A stretch of DNA of 64,000 nucleotides from Narcine bancroftii (Eukaryota): the NCBI RefSeq assembly GCF_036971445.1, contig NC_091469.1, forward strand, positions 158,038,001 through 158,102,000, given 5' to 3'. Numbering within the stretch: the first letter of the stretch is position 1; every line of letters begins with the position of its first letter. The translations under genes were made by a program, and so were the position numbers. Under the pieces are notes generated by a model, which was given only the letters and a program-made list of their open reading frames with translations, did no database searches and was not told the origin of the DNA. This document shows, piece by piece, positions 51,101 through 64,000 of this stretch.

Positions 51101-51909
51101 GATTCTGTATTTATTTCAAAGTACATTTTAATTTGGCTCCCAATAAATTCTCTAAATTCCTGTCTTTTAAGTAGCATGGAGTTAATCTCCATTTATATGT
51201 TCTTGGTGGGATGTCCTCCAGCTCTATTGCTAATAACAGGGGTGAGTGATCCGATAACAATCTAGCTTTATATTCCGTTTTCCTAACATTCCCTTGGATA
51301 TGGGCTGACAACAGGAACAGGTCAATCCTTGAGTATGTTTTATGTCTACTCGAATAATATGAGTATTCCTTCTCCTTTGGGTGTTTCCTCCTCCAAAAGT
51401 TGCATTTCCTGCATTGATTTAACCATAAATTTGGCTACTTTGTTCTTTTTGCTAGTCTTTTGACAAGTTTGAAACCAAATTAAGGTTAAAGTCCCCTCCT
51501 ATCAATATATTCCCCTGTGAATCTACAAACTTAAAAAGAAATCTTGCATAAACTTTTGATCCTCTTCATTAGGCACATATATATTGACCAAATTCCAGAA
51601 TTCTGAATATATTTGACACTTTATCATTACATACCTCCCTGCTGGATTTATTATTTCCTCCTCTATTTTGATTGGTACATTTTTATTGATTAATATAGCT
51701 ACACCTCTGGCTTTTGAGTTATATGATGCTGCCATTACGTGCCCTACCCAGTCTCTCTTTAATATGTTATGTTCCACTTCAGTTAGATGCGGTTCCTGCA
51801 CGAATGCTATATCTATTTTTTCTTTTTTCAGTAAATTTAACAGCCTCTTCCTTTTGATTTGGTTATGTATTCCATTAATATTTATAGTCTTATAGTTCAA
51901 CATGGCCAT
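48181..51909 (-). pseudogene. L1 ORF2p, copy B
   Basis: NINGI, SDHSP, YRPIPLLN, RQGCPLSP, LFADD; multiple frameshifts. Confidence 0.92.
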
Positions 51910-52392
51910 TTCATATTCTGTTTACACCTCATTTCCGCTTCCTCACCACCACCTTTCCCCTTTTCCCCATTTTCATCCCTCAGTTTTCCCTTTTTGAACA
52001 CACTGTATGACAACACTTCTAAAACATAAAATACTTCAACCACACCCACATCTAAAATTCCCTCAACCCCAAGTGTCCCCCCCCCTCTCTGAGTCGCCCC
52101 TTGTCCCTTGCCGGGCAACCACAACTCCCCTCTCCATTTGGACTGCGAACCCGTTCCCAAGTGTCAACTGATTTCGCAGTGACTGTTACACCCAAACCCC
52201 TCCAGAAAAGACTTTTATCTTCACATTACAACAAAGCTCCCCCTCTTTTCTTCTTTTACTTTTTATTTACTTTTGTCCCCTCCTCTTTTTCCCCCTCTTC
52301 TCCCTTACTTCCCTTTACTTCCCTCCTTTAGTTCTTACTTATACATTATTTTTACATCTTTATATGTAGTTTGTTATCGTTCTTCGTTCTTG

Positions 52393-53784
52393 TTACATCT
52401 CTTCATCTTTTTGTTCTGCAGGCGTTCTGCAAATCCTCGTGCTTTCTCCGGATCCGAGAACAGTCTGTTTTGTTCCCCCGGGATAACTATTTTAAGCACC
52501 GCTGGATATCTTAACATAAATTTATAGCCTTTTTTCCATAGGATCGATTTTGCTGCATTAAACTCCTTCCTCTTTATGAGTTCAAAACTTATGTCTGGGT
52601 AGAAATTTTTTTTGACCTTTGTATTCCAGTGGCTTTTTGACTTCTCTCATTTTATTCATTGCCTTCTCCAATATATTTTCTCTTGTCGTGTATCTCAGGA
52701 ATTTTACTAAAACGGATCTTGGTTTTTGTTGTGACTGTGGTTTTGGGGCTAATGTTCTCTGTGCCCTTTCTATTTCCATTCCTTCCTGCATTTCTGGCAT
52801 ACCCAGGACTTTTGGGATCCATTCTTTTATAAATTCTTTCAAATCTTTGCCTTCTTCATCTTCCTTAAGGCCCACTATCTTTATATTGTTTCACCTACTA
52901 TAATTTTCCATTATATCCGTCTTCTGAGCTAACAACTCCTGTGTTTCTTTAACTTTTTTGTCACTTTCTTCCAATTTTCTTTTTAAGTCGTTCACTTCCA
53001 TTTCTACCGCCATTACACGTTCTTCCACATTTTCTGATCCTTTCCGTAGATCTGTTATGACCAGCTCTATTCTACTCACTTTTTCTTCTGTACTTTTCAT
53101 TTTTATTTTCATTCCACTAAATTCTAGTGTCAACCATTCTTTTAATGCTTTCATTTGTTCTTGACATTTTTTTTAATCTATGTACTGTCCATTCATTTTA
53201 CCTTCTGTTCCTCTGTGCAGAGCGTGGTCTTCTTCTTCTTCTTCTTCTTCTTCTGTGTCTGCTCTTGGGTTTGTGTCTTCTACTTCTCTTCCTTGTATCT
53301 GTGTCTCTGACTTTCTTGTTGAGCTGCTTGTCTGTTTGTTGGATATTTTTTTCATGGTTTCATGATGTTGGTCCTCTTCTTCTGGTGTGGTTATCTGTTG
53401 GGCCTCCTGCTTCTGTTTTTCTTTCTCATCCCTCCCTTTCCCATTGCTTTCTTTTTCTTCCAGCTGGGAGCCCTGCTGTCGGGCATCTCTCAGCTGTTTG
53501 TGCTATGTAGTTTCACTCCACAGCTGGTCTACCCTCCTGTCGGTGTTCTCCTTGTCCTTGTTGTGTGCAGTTGTGCACCCCTGTTTGGCTCAGTGAGCCA
53601 TTTTTGCAGTCCCGCGGTCAGTAGGTTGCGATCCTGCGGGGTCTCCACTAACCTCGGGGAGCAGGCTCCTCTTTCCACGGCGGGTCCCTGCTTTTTCGTG
53701 CAGGTAAGGCCTTCTCCTTTCTCTTCCGGTGTCTTTCCTTCTTTTTTTCCCCGTTGTTTTTGGTTTTTCTTTCTTAGGTGCCAT
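52393..53784 (-). pseudogene. L1 ORF1p, copy B
   Basis: MAPKKEK start, coiled coil (52891-53154), GLKEDEEG..IERA.R..PRSVLVKF; disrupted. Confidence 0.88.
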
Positions 53785-54039
53785 TTTCTTCACACCTTTA
53801 TCTTTTAGTTGTTGTGATCTGTGTATCTGGGGCTTTGCTTTTCCTTCACTTTTTTTCTTCTTTTCTGGAGAGGGCTGGTATTTTCCTACCAGCCACTACT
53901 CCATCACGTGACTCCTCCATATTAGTTTATTAAAGCTATCTTATACTTGCACAGCTGGTGTGGTTATTGTCAGTACAGTCACCACAAAGAATAGGTTGAG
54001 GAAACTGTGGGCCTTAATACACAGAAGAACCTTGCTGAA

Positions 54040-57000
54040 GAACCGAGACCTACGGGGTGCAGGGGTGGGAGTAGTGTGATGTTCCGCCAGCCAGGTGTCT
54101 ACAGATGGGGTCACCAATGGACAAGATGGCGAGGGTACCGTATGTGTCGGGGTGATGTCGGTCACAGAACTGAAGGGAGGTGGGGTCAGTGCCCTGAGGG
54201 GAGCCAGTCCCGTTGGAGTGAGGTCCACGGGGACTGGAATCCCAGGTGAGTCCACCCCTAACAGTGAGTCCCATTGCGGAGTACTGTGAAACACAGGGTT
54301 AACGGGGGTGTAACGAGTGGTTCCAGGCTCTCCAGCATGCGCCAGATCCCAGACAGGTATAGAGTCCTTGTGGCCGTCGGGGTACCTCACAAAGGCGTAC
54401 TGAGGGTTGGCATGAATGAAGTGCACCTCTTTGACCAACAGGTCAGTCTTATGGCCCCTCAAGTGCTACCTGAGCAGGACTGGACCTGGTGTTGCCAACC
54501 ATGGAGGAATCGAGGAACCATTCGCCAACTTCCTAGGGAAGGCAAACATGCGTTCGTGAGGAGCAGTGTTCGTGGTGGTACAAAGGAGCGAGCGGATAGC
54601 ATGCTTAATCACTGTGGCCGTGGTCATATCCGGACGGGGATGGCGAAATGGAACCGGGGGTATTCATCAATAACATTCAGGAAATAAATATTCCTGTTCG
54701 GTAAGGGAAGGGGCCCTTGAAATCAATGCTCAGTCATTCGAATGGGCGAGTGGCCTTAATGAGGTGTGCCTTGTCAGGCCTATAGAATTGCGGCTTGCAT
54801 TCTGCGCAGACCCGACAGCTTCTGATCATGGACCTGACATCTTTGACAGAGTACGGGAGGTTCCGGGATTTGATAAAGTGGAACAGTGTCGTGACTTCGG
54901 GGTGGCAGGGGGAGTCGTGTGGGGCTTGGAGACGGTTGAGATGTGTGCTGGCGCACATTCCCCAGGATAGAACATCAGGTGGATCGTTGAGTTTACCTGG
55001 CCGGTACAAGATATCGTAATTATAGGTGGAGAGCTCGATTCTCCACTTGAGGATCTTGTCATTCTTGATTTTACCCTGCTGCTGCGTGTCGAACATGAAG
55101 GCGATGGCCCATTGGTCCGTCAGCAGGGTAAACTGTTTCCAGGCACGGTAGTGGTGCCAGTGGCGCACCGCCATCACAACTGCCTGCGCCTCCTTCTCAA
55201 CCGAGGAGTGCCGTGGCTCAGGGCCATGGAGGGTACGGGAAAAAAAGGCTACTGGCCTGCCTGCCTGTTATAGTGTGGCGGCCAGCGTGAAATCAGAAGC
55301 ATTGCTCTCCACCTGAAAAGGGATGGATTTGTCTACAGCATTCATCGTGGCCTTTGCGATGTCCTCTCGGATCTGCTGAAAAGCAGCCTGGGCCTCCGCC
55401 GATAATGGGATCATTGTGGACCTAATGAGGGGGTGGACCTTATCAGCAAAGTTGGGCACCCACTGTGCATAGTAGGAAAACAGCCCCAGGCACCTCTTCA
55501 GTGCTTTCAGGGTGTTCGGGTCGGGGAGCTCCATTAGGGGTCGCATGCGGTCAGGGTCTGGGGCAATGACACCATGTGCCATGATGCATCCTAGGAGGGC
55601 CAGGCAATTGGTATTAAAAACACACTTGTTTTTATTGTATGTAAGATTGAGCAGTCCGCAGAAATTTAGTTAGGTTAGCGTCGTGTTCCTGTTGATCATG
55701 GCTGCAGATGTGACGATATTGAGGTAAGGGATGGTCGCTGCCAGATTGTGCTCCTCCATCATCCTGTCCATCACCCTCTGGAACATGGAGAGGCCGTTCA
55801 TGACACCGAATGGAACCCAAAGAAAATGGAAAAGTTTTCCATCATCAATGAAACCCATATAAATAAAGTCACTGGGGCAGAGGGGAAGCTGGTGATAGGT
55901 CGACTTAAGGTCAATGGTCAAGAATACCCGATATTGCGTGACCCTGTTGACCACGTCGGCGATCCGGGGAAGAGGGTAAGCGTCCAGCTGGGTGAAACTA
56001 TTGGTGGTTTGACTGTAGACAATGACCATATGTGTTTTGCTCCCATCCCTGACCAATAGAACCTGGGTTCTCCAGGGGTTGGTACTCAGGGCAATGATCC
56101 CCCACCACCAGGAGTCATTGAACCTCAGCCCACATAAACACCATATCCTCAGCGCCTGCTCTTGGTAGCGATAGGCCGATAATCCGGGATGAGGTTCACG
56201 ACAGAGGGGATACCTGAAGGGTGGTGAATCCACAAGTTGGAGCTGGGGACTGGGGGTGGGCGGAGGGGTCCTTGAGGTGTGGGTTATTCACTGTCAGGAG
56301 CGACTGGGGGCCTCCAAAAGCCATCGTCACGCTCCTGAACTGGCTTTGAAAGTCCAAACCCAAGAGGATTGGCGCGCAGGGTTGGGGCATAACAAGTAAC
56401 GAGAAATTATCGTAACGCTCATTCCCCACCGTCAGAGATGCAACACAATAACTCCCAATGTCAGTCTGGTGGTCTTTGACAGCCAGCGATATCGAGCCAC
56501 TCATCGGCCCGACTGGGAGCGAGAGTCTGCGGGCAACATCTGGGTGAATAAAACTCTCCGTGCTGCCACTGTCAAATAGGCAGTTCGTTTTATGTCCATT
56601 CACATCGATCTGCCCATTGATGGGCGATCGGATGAGGGCTGGTCTGATTCAGGATTGGTGGGTCGTTTTCATCATCAGTGCGGAGGCCCAAAGCACAAAA
56701 TGGCAGACTCCATGTTGACCAAGCAGTGATGGCTGGCGAGGTTGGGGAAGAAGACGGAAGTGGTGTCGGAGGAGCGTGCTGCGCCTGCACAGACCATGCA
56801 GAAGGCTGGAGCTGTGGCGGGTAAGATGGTGCGCCTCTCTGCACGCACGCAGTCTGAATCGGAACCAGGGGCGGCATCCATCCATCAGCCACAAACACTA
56901 CGCTGCTTCGAGGGGAGGTCTTAGCTTGACATACCCGCAGATAGTGACCCTCTTTCTGCAGCCTGAGCAACTTGCGTTCCTCATGGGACAAAGTCGTTGT

Positions 57001-57583
57001 GGGTGCAGAAAATACACTTCGTGCATTCGGACACCACCGCTGCTTTTCCCGATGCCATCTCCCAAGATGGCAGCATTTTTGGCACACAACTGGAGAATGT
57101 GCTTTTGCCCATGATCGATACTGCGTGGCGCTGGGCTGAGTCTAGAGTCCTGATTATCTGTATGGTTCGTTTCAGTAACAACTGGTCTTCTTCGAAGAGG
57201 CACTGCTGTATGTAATTGGACCTCAATCCCAATACATAGGCATCCCAAAATGGTCTTTGATGCACTGGGCCACCGGTACAGGAGCCATTATCCCCACAGT
57301 CTTTCCCCAGAATGAGCAGGGCCTGAATAAATTCTTCGGCTGACTCATGAGGCTACTGCTTTTTGGAAGTCAGGAGATAACGTGAGTAGACGTCATTGAT
57401 CCTCAGTTTATAGAGGCCCCCGAGCTCAGCCATCGTCTCGGTGTACGTAACGCAGTCCCTGATTGCTTGGAACGCTCTCTGGCCGACTCTTGCTTGCAGA
57501 ACCTTGAGCTTCTTTTTGTCCGAGTCTATCAGATTGGCCATAGCCTCGAGGAAATTACCAAAGCAGCCTTTATAGAGGAGCAT
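54040..57583 (-). mobile_element. Gypsy copy 2, internal gag-pol only, disrupted
   Basis: gag CFGNFL..KKKLKVLQARVG, protease LFDSGS, RT LDAYPLP..IDLKSTYHQ, RH, IN CRVCAECKP; no LTRs recognised. Confidence 0.9.
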
Positions 57584-57584
57584 C

Positions 57585-58420
57585 TTTGTGAGGCCTTATG
57601 CAGACCACTCACAATTCCGCAGAATAAAAAGAGTCTGACCAGGATGAAAGTTTGGGTAAGGTCATTTCGTGTGATCCACCGAACAAACCAGAATCCATAT
57701 TTGGTGTCAGAAGTGGGATTCCAAAGTCTCTGCAGATCTTTGACAGACGGAACAAAGTGGAGTGGGTCTGTGCAGACCAGGGATTTAGCCAAGTGGAGAA
57801 TGAATAATTTTTTATCTCCTCTGTTTTCCCTGTTCTGAATGAACCGTCTCTGCATGATTCTATGGCCAGGGACTAAGAGACCGGATGGAAGTTAACAGTG
57901 GACAGCGAAAGGTCAAACTTGAATTAAGAGTTCAGGGAACTCGGTGATCTGGGGCCATGGTTTAATAGGAACTCAGATAAGGTCAGGGACCTTAATGGGT
58001 AATGGTATGGATACAGTGAGTGAACTGGGTCCACCAATACAAATGATGCGTGAGAAATGTTCGGAAGATCAGAAAGTTATACATAAAGTTTCAGGGGCTT
58101 TGAATAAGAAATTGGGTAAAGTTGGGTGGCCTTCAGGAGGTACATGGGATGATGAATTAATGAAAGAGGCACAACAGTTGATTTGGAACCGTATATTAAT
58201 GAGAAATCTAGGAATACAATAGGGAAATGGCTCCGACTAGCTCAAGAAAGAAAAGAGAGAGATAAATTTGCTAGTTGGCAGACTAACGTCGTAAAATTGG
58301 AGATCCCATTGACAGAAGGGGGGATGTTAAAACCCGTGGAAGTTCTCCAGAAAGAATGTGAACACAGAAAAAAAAGGAGGTTCAGAGAATTGATGAGGAA
58401 AACTGCACAGTGGGGTGAGT
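57585..58420 (+). mobile_element. ERV-like 5' end: partial LTR, tRNA-Leu PBS, gag MA remnant
   Basis: AATAAA at ~57622, PBS TGGTGTCAGAAGTGGGATTC (57702-57721), MGNG start at 57995 with GWPSGGTW. Confidence 0.7.
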
Positions 58421-61400
58421 AGTAAGGGGTATGATTTACCTTGTATGTAGAATAATGATGTAATCTTTTAATTCAATTTGCTTTCTTGAGTGTATAAAAG
58501 TTGATGCATCCATTTGTTGAATAGAGACCTCTGGAGACTGCTTTCAAGGCTGAAAGCAGTAAGGGTCTCTCAGGTTAACTTGGTGTCCAATAAAGAGTTA
58601 ACTGGACCAGTTCTGTGCGCTGTGTTCTTTGCATCGGGAAGTGGCAGTTTCAATACATTTGGCAAACCAGCCAGGAGTCCAAGATTGAGGAATGCTTACT
58701 GGATGGTGTCAGTGACCGGCTGAATTTCCATCTCATGATTAAAGAATGGGCCCACGGGATACTTTCCCAGTTTTTCTCTTATGGTGTTAGATCAATTGAT
58801 CCCCCTCTCCCGACAGCATAACTCTGATGGACTCCAGATGAACTATGAGTGTCGCATCCCGAGCGTACAGAGGCTTGAGGATTTGCTTGGTGAGGAGATG
58901 AATGTACAGTCCAAAATAACATGTTCTCCTAGTTCTGACGTCCTGCCTTAGACTGGTTGTTAAGAGGGGAAATCCCCACACAAAGGTCAGGACCCTGAAG
59001 TGGCGCAGAGGAACAAAACGACAAGACAGGAGTAAACACTCTGAGGGGTAAAATGTTGGGAATGAGTGATGTGGGGACCCTGGGACGGCCAATGTATTAT
59101 TTCTATCTGACGTATGGTAAAAATTTAAATTGGACAGTGAGTTGCAGAACTCAGAAAAAGGTAGGAATTGAGCAGGAGGCCAGGAAAGGGCTGGCCAGGT
59201 ACATTTATGGTCGCGTTAAAAACATGGGTCCTCTACCGGCACCACCTACGGCTCCTAGAACGCTTCCACCAGCGTTGTCTCCGCTCCATCCTCAACATCC
59301 ATTGGAGCGCTTTCATCACTAACGTCGAAGTACTCGAGATGGCAGAGGTCGACAGCATCGAGTCCACGCTGCTGAAGATCCAGCTGCGCTGGATGGGTCA
59401 CGTCTCCAGAATGGAGGACCATCGCCTTCCCAAGATCGTGTTATATGGCGAGCTCTCCACTGGCCACCGTGACAGAGGTGCACCAAAGAAAAGGTACAAG
59501 GACTGCCTAAAGAAATCTCTTGGTGCCTGCCACATTGACCACCGCCAGTGGGCTGATAACGCCTCAAACTGTGCATCTTGGCGCCTCACAGTTTGGCGGG
59601 CAGCAACCTCCTTTGAAGAAGACCGCAGAGCCCACCTCACTGACAAAAGGCAAAGGAGGAAAAACCCAACACCCAACCCCAACCAACCAATTTTCCCCTG
59701 CAACCGCTGCAACCGTGTCTGCCTGTCCCGCATCGGACTTGTCAGCCACAAACGAGCCTGCAGCTGACGTGGACTTTTTACCCCCTCCATAAATCTTCGT
59801 CCGCGAAGCCAAGCCAAAGAAAAGAAAAAGGTAATGATATATCAGAAAAGGGACCGGTCCCATTCGTGTTCCAATTACACGGAGCAGGAAGAGAATTGAT
59901 AATGTTACTAATACAGCGTTGGCAAAGCAACTAATGTGGAGAAAAGCAGAAGAGCTGGAGAGATAATGGGAGCCACAGGGGAGGAAACGTTGGGGATCTC
60001 AATTACGTGTCTGGAATATTGCTTGTGTTCAAAGGTAAAGTTAATCCTGATTGGCAGTTCCCGCCCTGTCTGGGCCGTATATTTATTTAAGGCTGAAATT
60101 AAACATTTCTCCACGTAAGATGTATAATAAAAATTAAAGTTGAATAAGGAACAGACCAGCACCAACCACAGAATGGGAAACTGATTTAGTATTTCAGATT
60201 AAAGAATTAGGATGGTGACACAGTCCCTCAGGCAGAAAATGATTAACAAGCGGAAGGTGAAAAAATAAAACCCGATGTCAGGCAGGGCGACCCTATTCTT
60301 GCAGGTGGGTAAGGCCACGCCCAGATGTACCCCAGCAGCCACAGTGTCCAGACCTGTGTCTCACTAGTTAAGATAAAGAAGAAGGTTTCAAAGTTAGCTT
60401 TAATGTAAAATTGTTGCTCATTTTGGAAAAAAAAAGCTTGCCTCACACTTTCATGACAGTAGAAAGACTGTGCATGAGTGAGGATGAAGGGGTTAAAGAG
60501 CTTGAACTGAAAGTTCCCTGCAGTAATTTGAAACCTGCCTTCCAGAGAGCTTCAACCATGCAGCAATTTCACAATGAAGGAATGGTGTTCCACTTCTGCA
60601 GTGTTTCCTGGTTCTAACTTGTAAAAATGAATCACACAGAAGAAAGGATTTTTTAAACCTGCAACGTTGTTTAAGACTAATTGAAACTGGTCAAATACCA
60701 ATAACAAGGCGATGACTCCTGGGCCAAGTATTAAAGAGAGAGAGCTGAGATACCTTCGAAACCCAGAGTGAAATACATCCGACGTTTAGGAGAAGCTTTC
60801 CCACGTCTAATTCAATAGATGACTCAAGCACTTTTGAGCCACTACGAACCTTTCCCTTAGTGAATTCATCTGACCTTCTATGAGTACATTACTGTTCACT
60901 CGATGGCCTTTTAAAACTGCCTTGTGAAAAATACAGAAATGAAGTAAGGAAGACGGATGGCTGCCTTCTATCATCCAGTTTTCCGTGAATTTGAATTGTT
61001 TGCCCTCGTCAGAGCCTACATAATAGGGGAAGGAATCTATGCCCATGCCAGAACTTTTTACCCCTTGGGAATGATCACACAGATGCTCCAGCAAAAGGTG
61101 CTGTTATAAATGGTCCCTTCACCGTTTATTCAGAAAGTGGTGAACTGCTTGAATAGAACGGTCTGGCCTGATACGGGGATGAAGCATATGTTCAGGGGAA
61201 CGCCCCCACCATTTCATTAAAGCTCTGTAAACAGTAGGGGTGTGTCAGAAATCAAATTAGGAACTACTCCTGCTGGACAATCTTTGTACCAAACTCAATT
61301 TCTTTTACTTGAACTACTTAATTATAAATATATGCAATAATGTAGATTGGCTAAGGAGGAGGGGCACGTCACTAATCTAAGAAAGGAGGACATTCCAAAG

Positions 61401-62010
61401 GAAGGAATTATTATCTGCCTACAACATGGTCCTGGTAAAGAAATTGAATGCCTACCATTTGAGTGTATATGGATTGATTTTATAGAATTAAGTACACATC
61501 TATCAGTATTGTCTTGTTCTTATTGATTTGCCTGGGTCCTTAAAGAACAAATTGACTAAGTTTTCGGCAGAAACTGGGTTGAATTGGATGAAGGATTTGG
61601 GGATTCCAGTGGTTCCACTACTCCTGTTAACACCAGGCAGCAGGAATAGTGGAATGTGCCAATAAAAAAAAACTACACTGGCCAAATTGACTGAGGAAAC
61701 AGGGCTAAAATTGGCTAAAAAGTGCAACCCCAAGCATTGTTTTAAATGTGGATGACACTGCAGACTAAGTGAGGGCTATCTGCTGCAGAGATGGCTAACG
61801 GACAGCTAATACGGACATCTTGGGGAGCAAAGCCCATACTGCCGGTAGGGATGGATTTATTATCATTAGATGAGGACATAAGGAAATATGTGAGAATTCT
61901 AACACAATCTTTTTTGAGAGATGCATTCATAGGTAAAACAAACACACCTAAAGGAGGCTGATCCAACAGATCAAAGTGGTGAACATCTTAATGTCAAACC
62001 TGAGAATTAC
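58421..62010 (+). mobile_element. Second, heavily degraded class I ERV: LTR, tRNA-Arg PBS, gag/pol remnants
   Basis: LTR 58421-58657 (TATAAAA, AATAAA, CA end), PBS TGGCAAACCAGCCAGGAGTC (58660-58679), integrase remnants ICLQHGPGK..PFECIWIDFIEL..QYCLVLID and LKNKLTK..ETGLNW (61410-61800). Confidence 0.75.
59223..59830 (+). mobile_element. RTE-clade LINE 3' fragment (young, open frame)
   Basis: WVLYRHHLRLLERFHQRCLRSILNIHW..LRWMGHVSRM..RLPKIVLYGEL..C2H2-like end; GCCAA/A-rich tail. Confidence 0.92.
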
Positions 62011-62463
62011 TGTAGTGATATGATTATGTGCACTGGCTGGCCTGCCCTCCGGGTGTCTTCCTGTCCTTGACAGGTCCCTGGTCCTGCCTATGTGACCCCA
62101 GGCCATAAAGGTCGAGTCCCCTCTCCTTCCCGCTCATTTTCCAAGCCTAGACCTGGACCAGCAGCCTCTAGTACGCGGATGGAGTACAATCGTTCCCCTC
62201 AGTCTTTATCCGTGTTATTATTGGGGCTACTGATGGCACCCAACAATTTGTTGTACTAGATTTTGGAGGTCTCCAGTAATGGAGAAATTGCTGCGCCCGG
62301 AACGGCTGGAAGTTGACCCCCAAGTCCTAGGTGCCTCGATGATCTTCGAGCAGTGGATGAACTGCTTCAACAACTTCCTCGACGCTGCTGCTGAGGTGGT
62401 CGACTCTAACAAGAAGAAACTAAAGATCCTTCAGACATGAGTCAGCCAGAGGGCCTTCCTGAC
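62011..62463 (+). mobile_element. Gypsy copy 3: 5' LTR (62011-62245) and start of gag
   Basis: TGTAGTGATATG..CAACA; ATG at 62279 MEKLLRPERLEVDP..FEQWMNCFNNFL; interrupted by copy 4. Confidence 0.85.
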
Positions 62464-64000
62464 TGTAGAGCTCGTCGAAAGAACCAAAGACTTGTTGATC
62501 CAAACCAAGGCTTTTATTAGCAAAAGACAGGAGCTCTTCACAGGTGGCCGGCCAGTCCGGAATGATCCGACCTGGCTAGGGACACAACCCTTGAAGGCCC
62601 AGACAATAGGTGTGGCTTAGCTCTCAGCCAATCGCTGTAAGCACAGTCTAGATACAGTAACTGTATACACTATGTACATTGGTGATAGAGCTGTACTATC
62701 ACATTCACCCCTTCTTGGAGAATTGACCCTGGAAAAAAAAACAAAAACGAGGGAGAGAATGAAAGGAAAGGGGTAGGTCAAGGACTGTAGTGGTCAGGGG
62801 GTCTGACCAACCGGTGTGACCGCCGTGGTGCCGGGATTGGGGTCGCTGGAGTGGTGTCGCCAGCGGGCTCGTTGGGTGCGATTGCTCCATCACTCAATTC
62901 CCCAGTCGTGTTGTCGGCAGGGTGGCCCGGGTCGTTGGGGTGTTGTTGGTCCTTCTGTTGCAGCACGGGGCCTGGGGAATAAAGAGTTGGGGAAGGTTGG
63001 GTTGGGGGGTTTGCTGGGTCTACCACGTCCTGAGCTAGGTCCCGCACCGAAACAGTGTCCTCCCGCCCGTCTGGGAACTCAGCGTAGGCCTAATGTGGGT
63101 TTGCGTGGAGTAGAGTCACTCGGTCGACCAAGGGGTCGTTCTTTGAGTGCCGGACGTGGCGTCGCAAAAGGACGGAGCCAGGGACGGTGAGCCAGGCCGG
63201 TACAGTGGTTCCTGATTTGGATTTCCTTGGGAAAAGGAACATCCTTTCGTGGGGGGTGGCATTTGTTGCAGTACATAGGAGGGAGCGGATAGAGTGTAAG
63301 GCACTAGTGAGAACCTCCTGCCAGTGAGAGGTGGGGAGACCTTTAGACCGGAGAGCCAGTGTAACCGCTCTCCATATGGTGGCATTCTCCCTCTCGACCT
63401 GGCCAAAACCGCGTGGGTTATAGCTCGTGGTCCTGCTTGAAGCAATACCACACTCCAGAAGGTACTGTCGCAGATCTGCGCTCATGAATGAGGACCCCCT
63501 ATCACTGTGGATGGAATTGGGGTACCCGAAGATGGTGAAAATACTGTGAAGGGCCTGTATCACTGAGGTGGCAGTGGTGTCTGGGCAGGCCACAGCGAAT
63601 GGGAAGCGGGAGTACTCGTCGATGGCTGTAAGGATGTAGGTATTACGGTTGGTCGACGGTAGGGGCCCCTTAAAGTCTACGCTAAGACGCTCGAAGGGGC
63701 GGGTGGCTTTGATAACGGGGAGTTATCCGGACAGAAGAAGTGGGGCTTGCATTCAGCACACACTGAACAGGCTCGGGACATGGAGCGGATCTCCTCGACT
63801 GTGTAGGGTAGGTTGCGCGCCTTGACAAAGTGAGCAAACCTAGTGATCCCTGGATGACAGAGCGCCTCATGGAGTTTCCGTAGTCTGTCCATCTGTATGC
63901 TGGCGCACGTCCCCCTGGAGAGCGCGTCAGGCGGGTCGTTGAGCTTACCAGGCCGGTACAGGATGTCATAGTTAAAGGTGGAGAGTTCGATTCTCCATCT
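62464..64000 (-). mobile_element. Gypsy copy 4: integrase, PPT and 3' LTR (62464-62703); runs off the window
   Basis: LHEALCHPG..CSVCAECKP, DFKGP, IHSDRGSSF, TTSYNPRG.GQVERENAT; PPT AAGAAGGGGTGAA; TG..CA LTR. Confidence 0.93.

Larger units (their letters stand above)
47917..53918 (-). mobile_element. Full-length L1-clade LINE, copy B (inactivated)
   Basis: 13-bp TSD ATATTAGTTTATT (47904-47916 / 53919-53931); same 5' end as copy A. Confidence 0.95.
42172..53986 (+). mobile_element. Gypsy LTR retrotransposon copy 1, containing CR1 and L1 insertions
   Basis: Partial 5' LTR 42172-42299; PPT AAGGGGGGGTGAA, then 3' LTR 47775-47916 + 53932-~53986 split by L1; PR-RT-RH-IN order. Confidence 0.92.

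Noticed and set aside
57702-57721. tRNA-like sequence as a tRNA gene (also the SINE heads)
   Set aside because: Only an ~20-nt complement at an LTR boundary (a PBS) or a SINE promoter; no cloverleaf.
1-64000. CRISPR array or prokaryotic RT systems (retron, DGR)
   Set aside because: No repeat-spacer array; all RTs belong to eukaryotic LINE or LTR families in intron-containing vertebrate DNA.

Overview
Vertebrate genomic DNA, most likely a cartilaginous fish (ray or shark). This is an inference from the CR1 with an esterase ORF1, V-SINE-like elements, Rex1, RTE, Penelope and HERV-I-like ERV content. Most of the window is nested retroelements: two full-length but disrupted L1-clade LINEs with target-site duplications (TSDs), a near-complete CR1, four copies of one Gypsy lineage, three ERV remnants, and several solo LTRs and SINEs. 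Among them on the + strand are splice-site-bounded exons of a host immune receptor: Ig V exon 1 (17906-18290, disabled), Ig V exon 2 (22712-23104, open), a transmembrane exon with a central Lys (26487-26586, too short for the ORF track) and a candidate tail exon (30844-30877). Together they resemble Siglec-15 but have a V-V-TM(K) layout. Other top leads: Gypsy elements with no tRNA primer site whose leader base-pairs with their own LTR poly(A)-signal region, a YLDN RT motif, a HERV-I-like provirus with gag and env in opposite orientations, and a TAR/poly(A)-like double hairpin in an ERV LTR. All family assignments come from motif recognition by eye; no database search was run.
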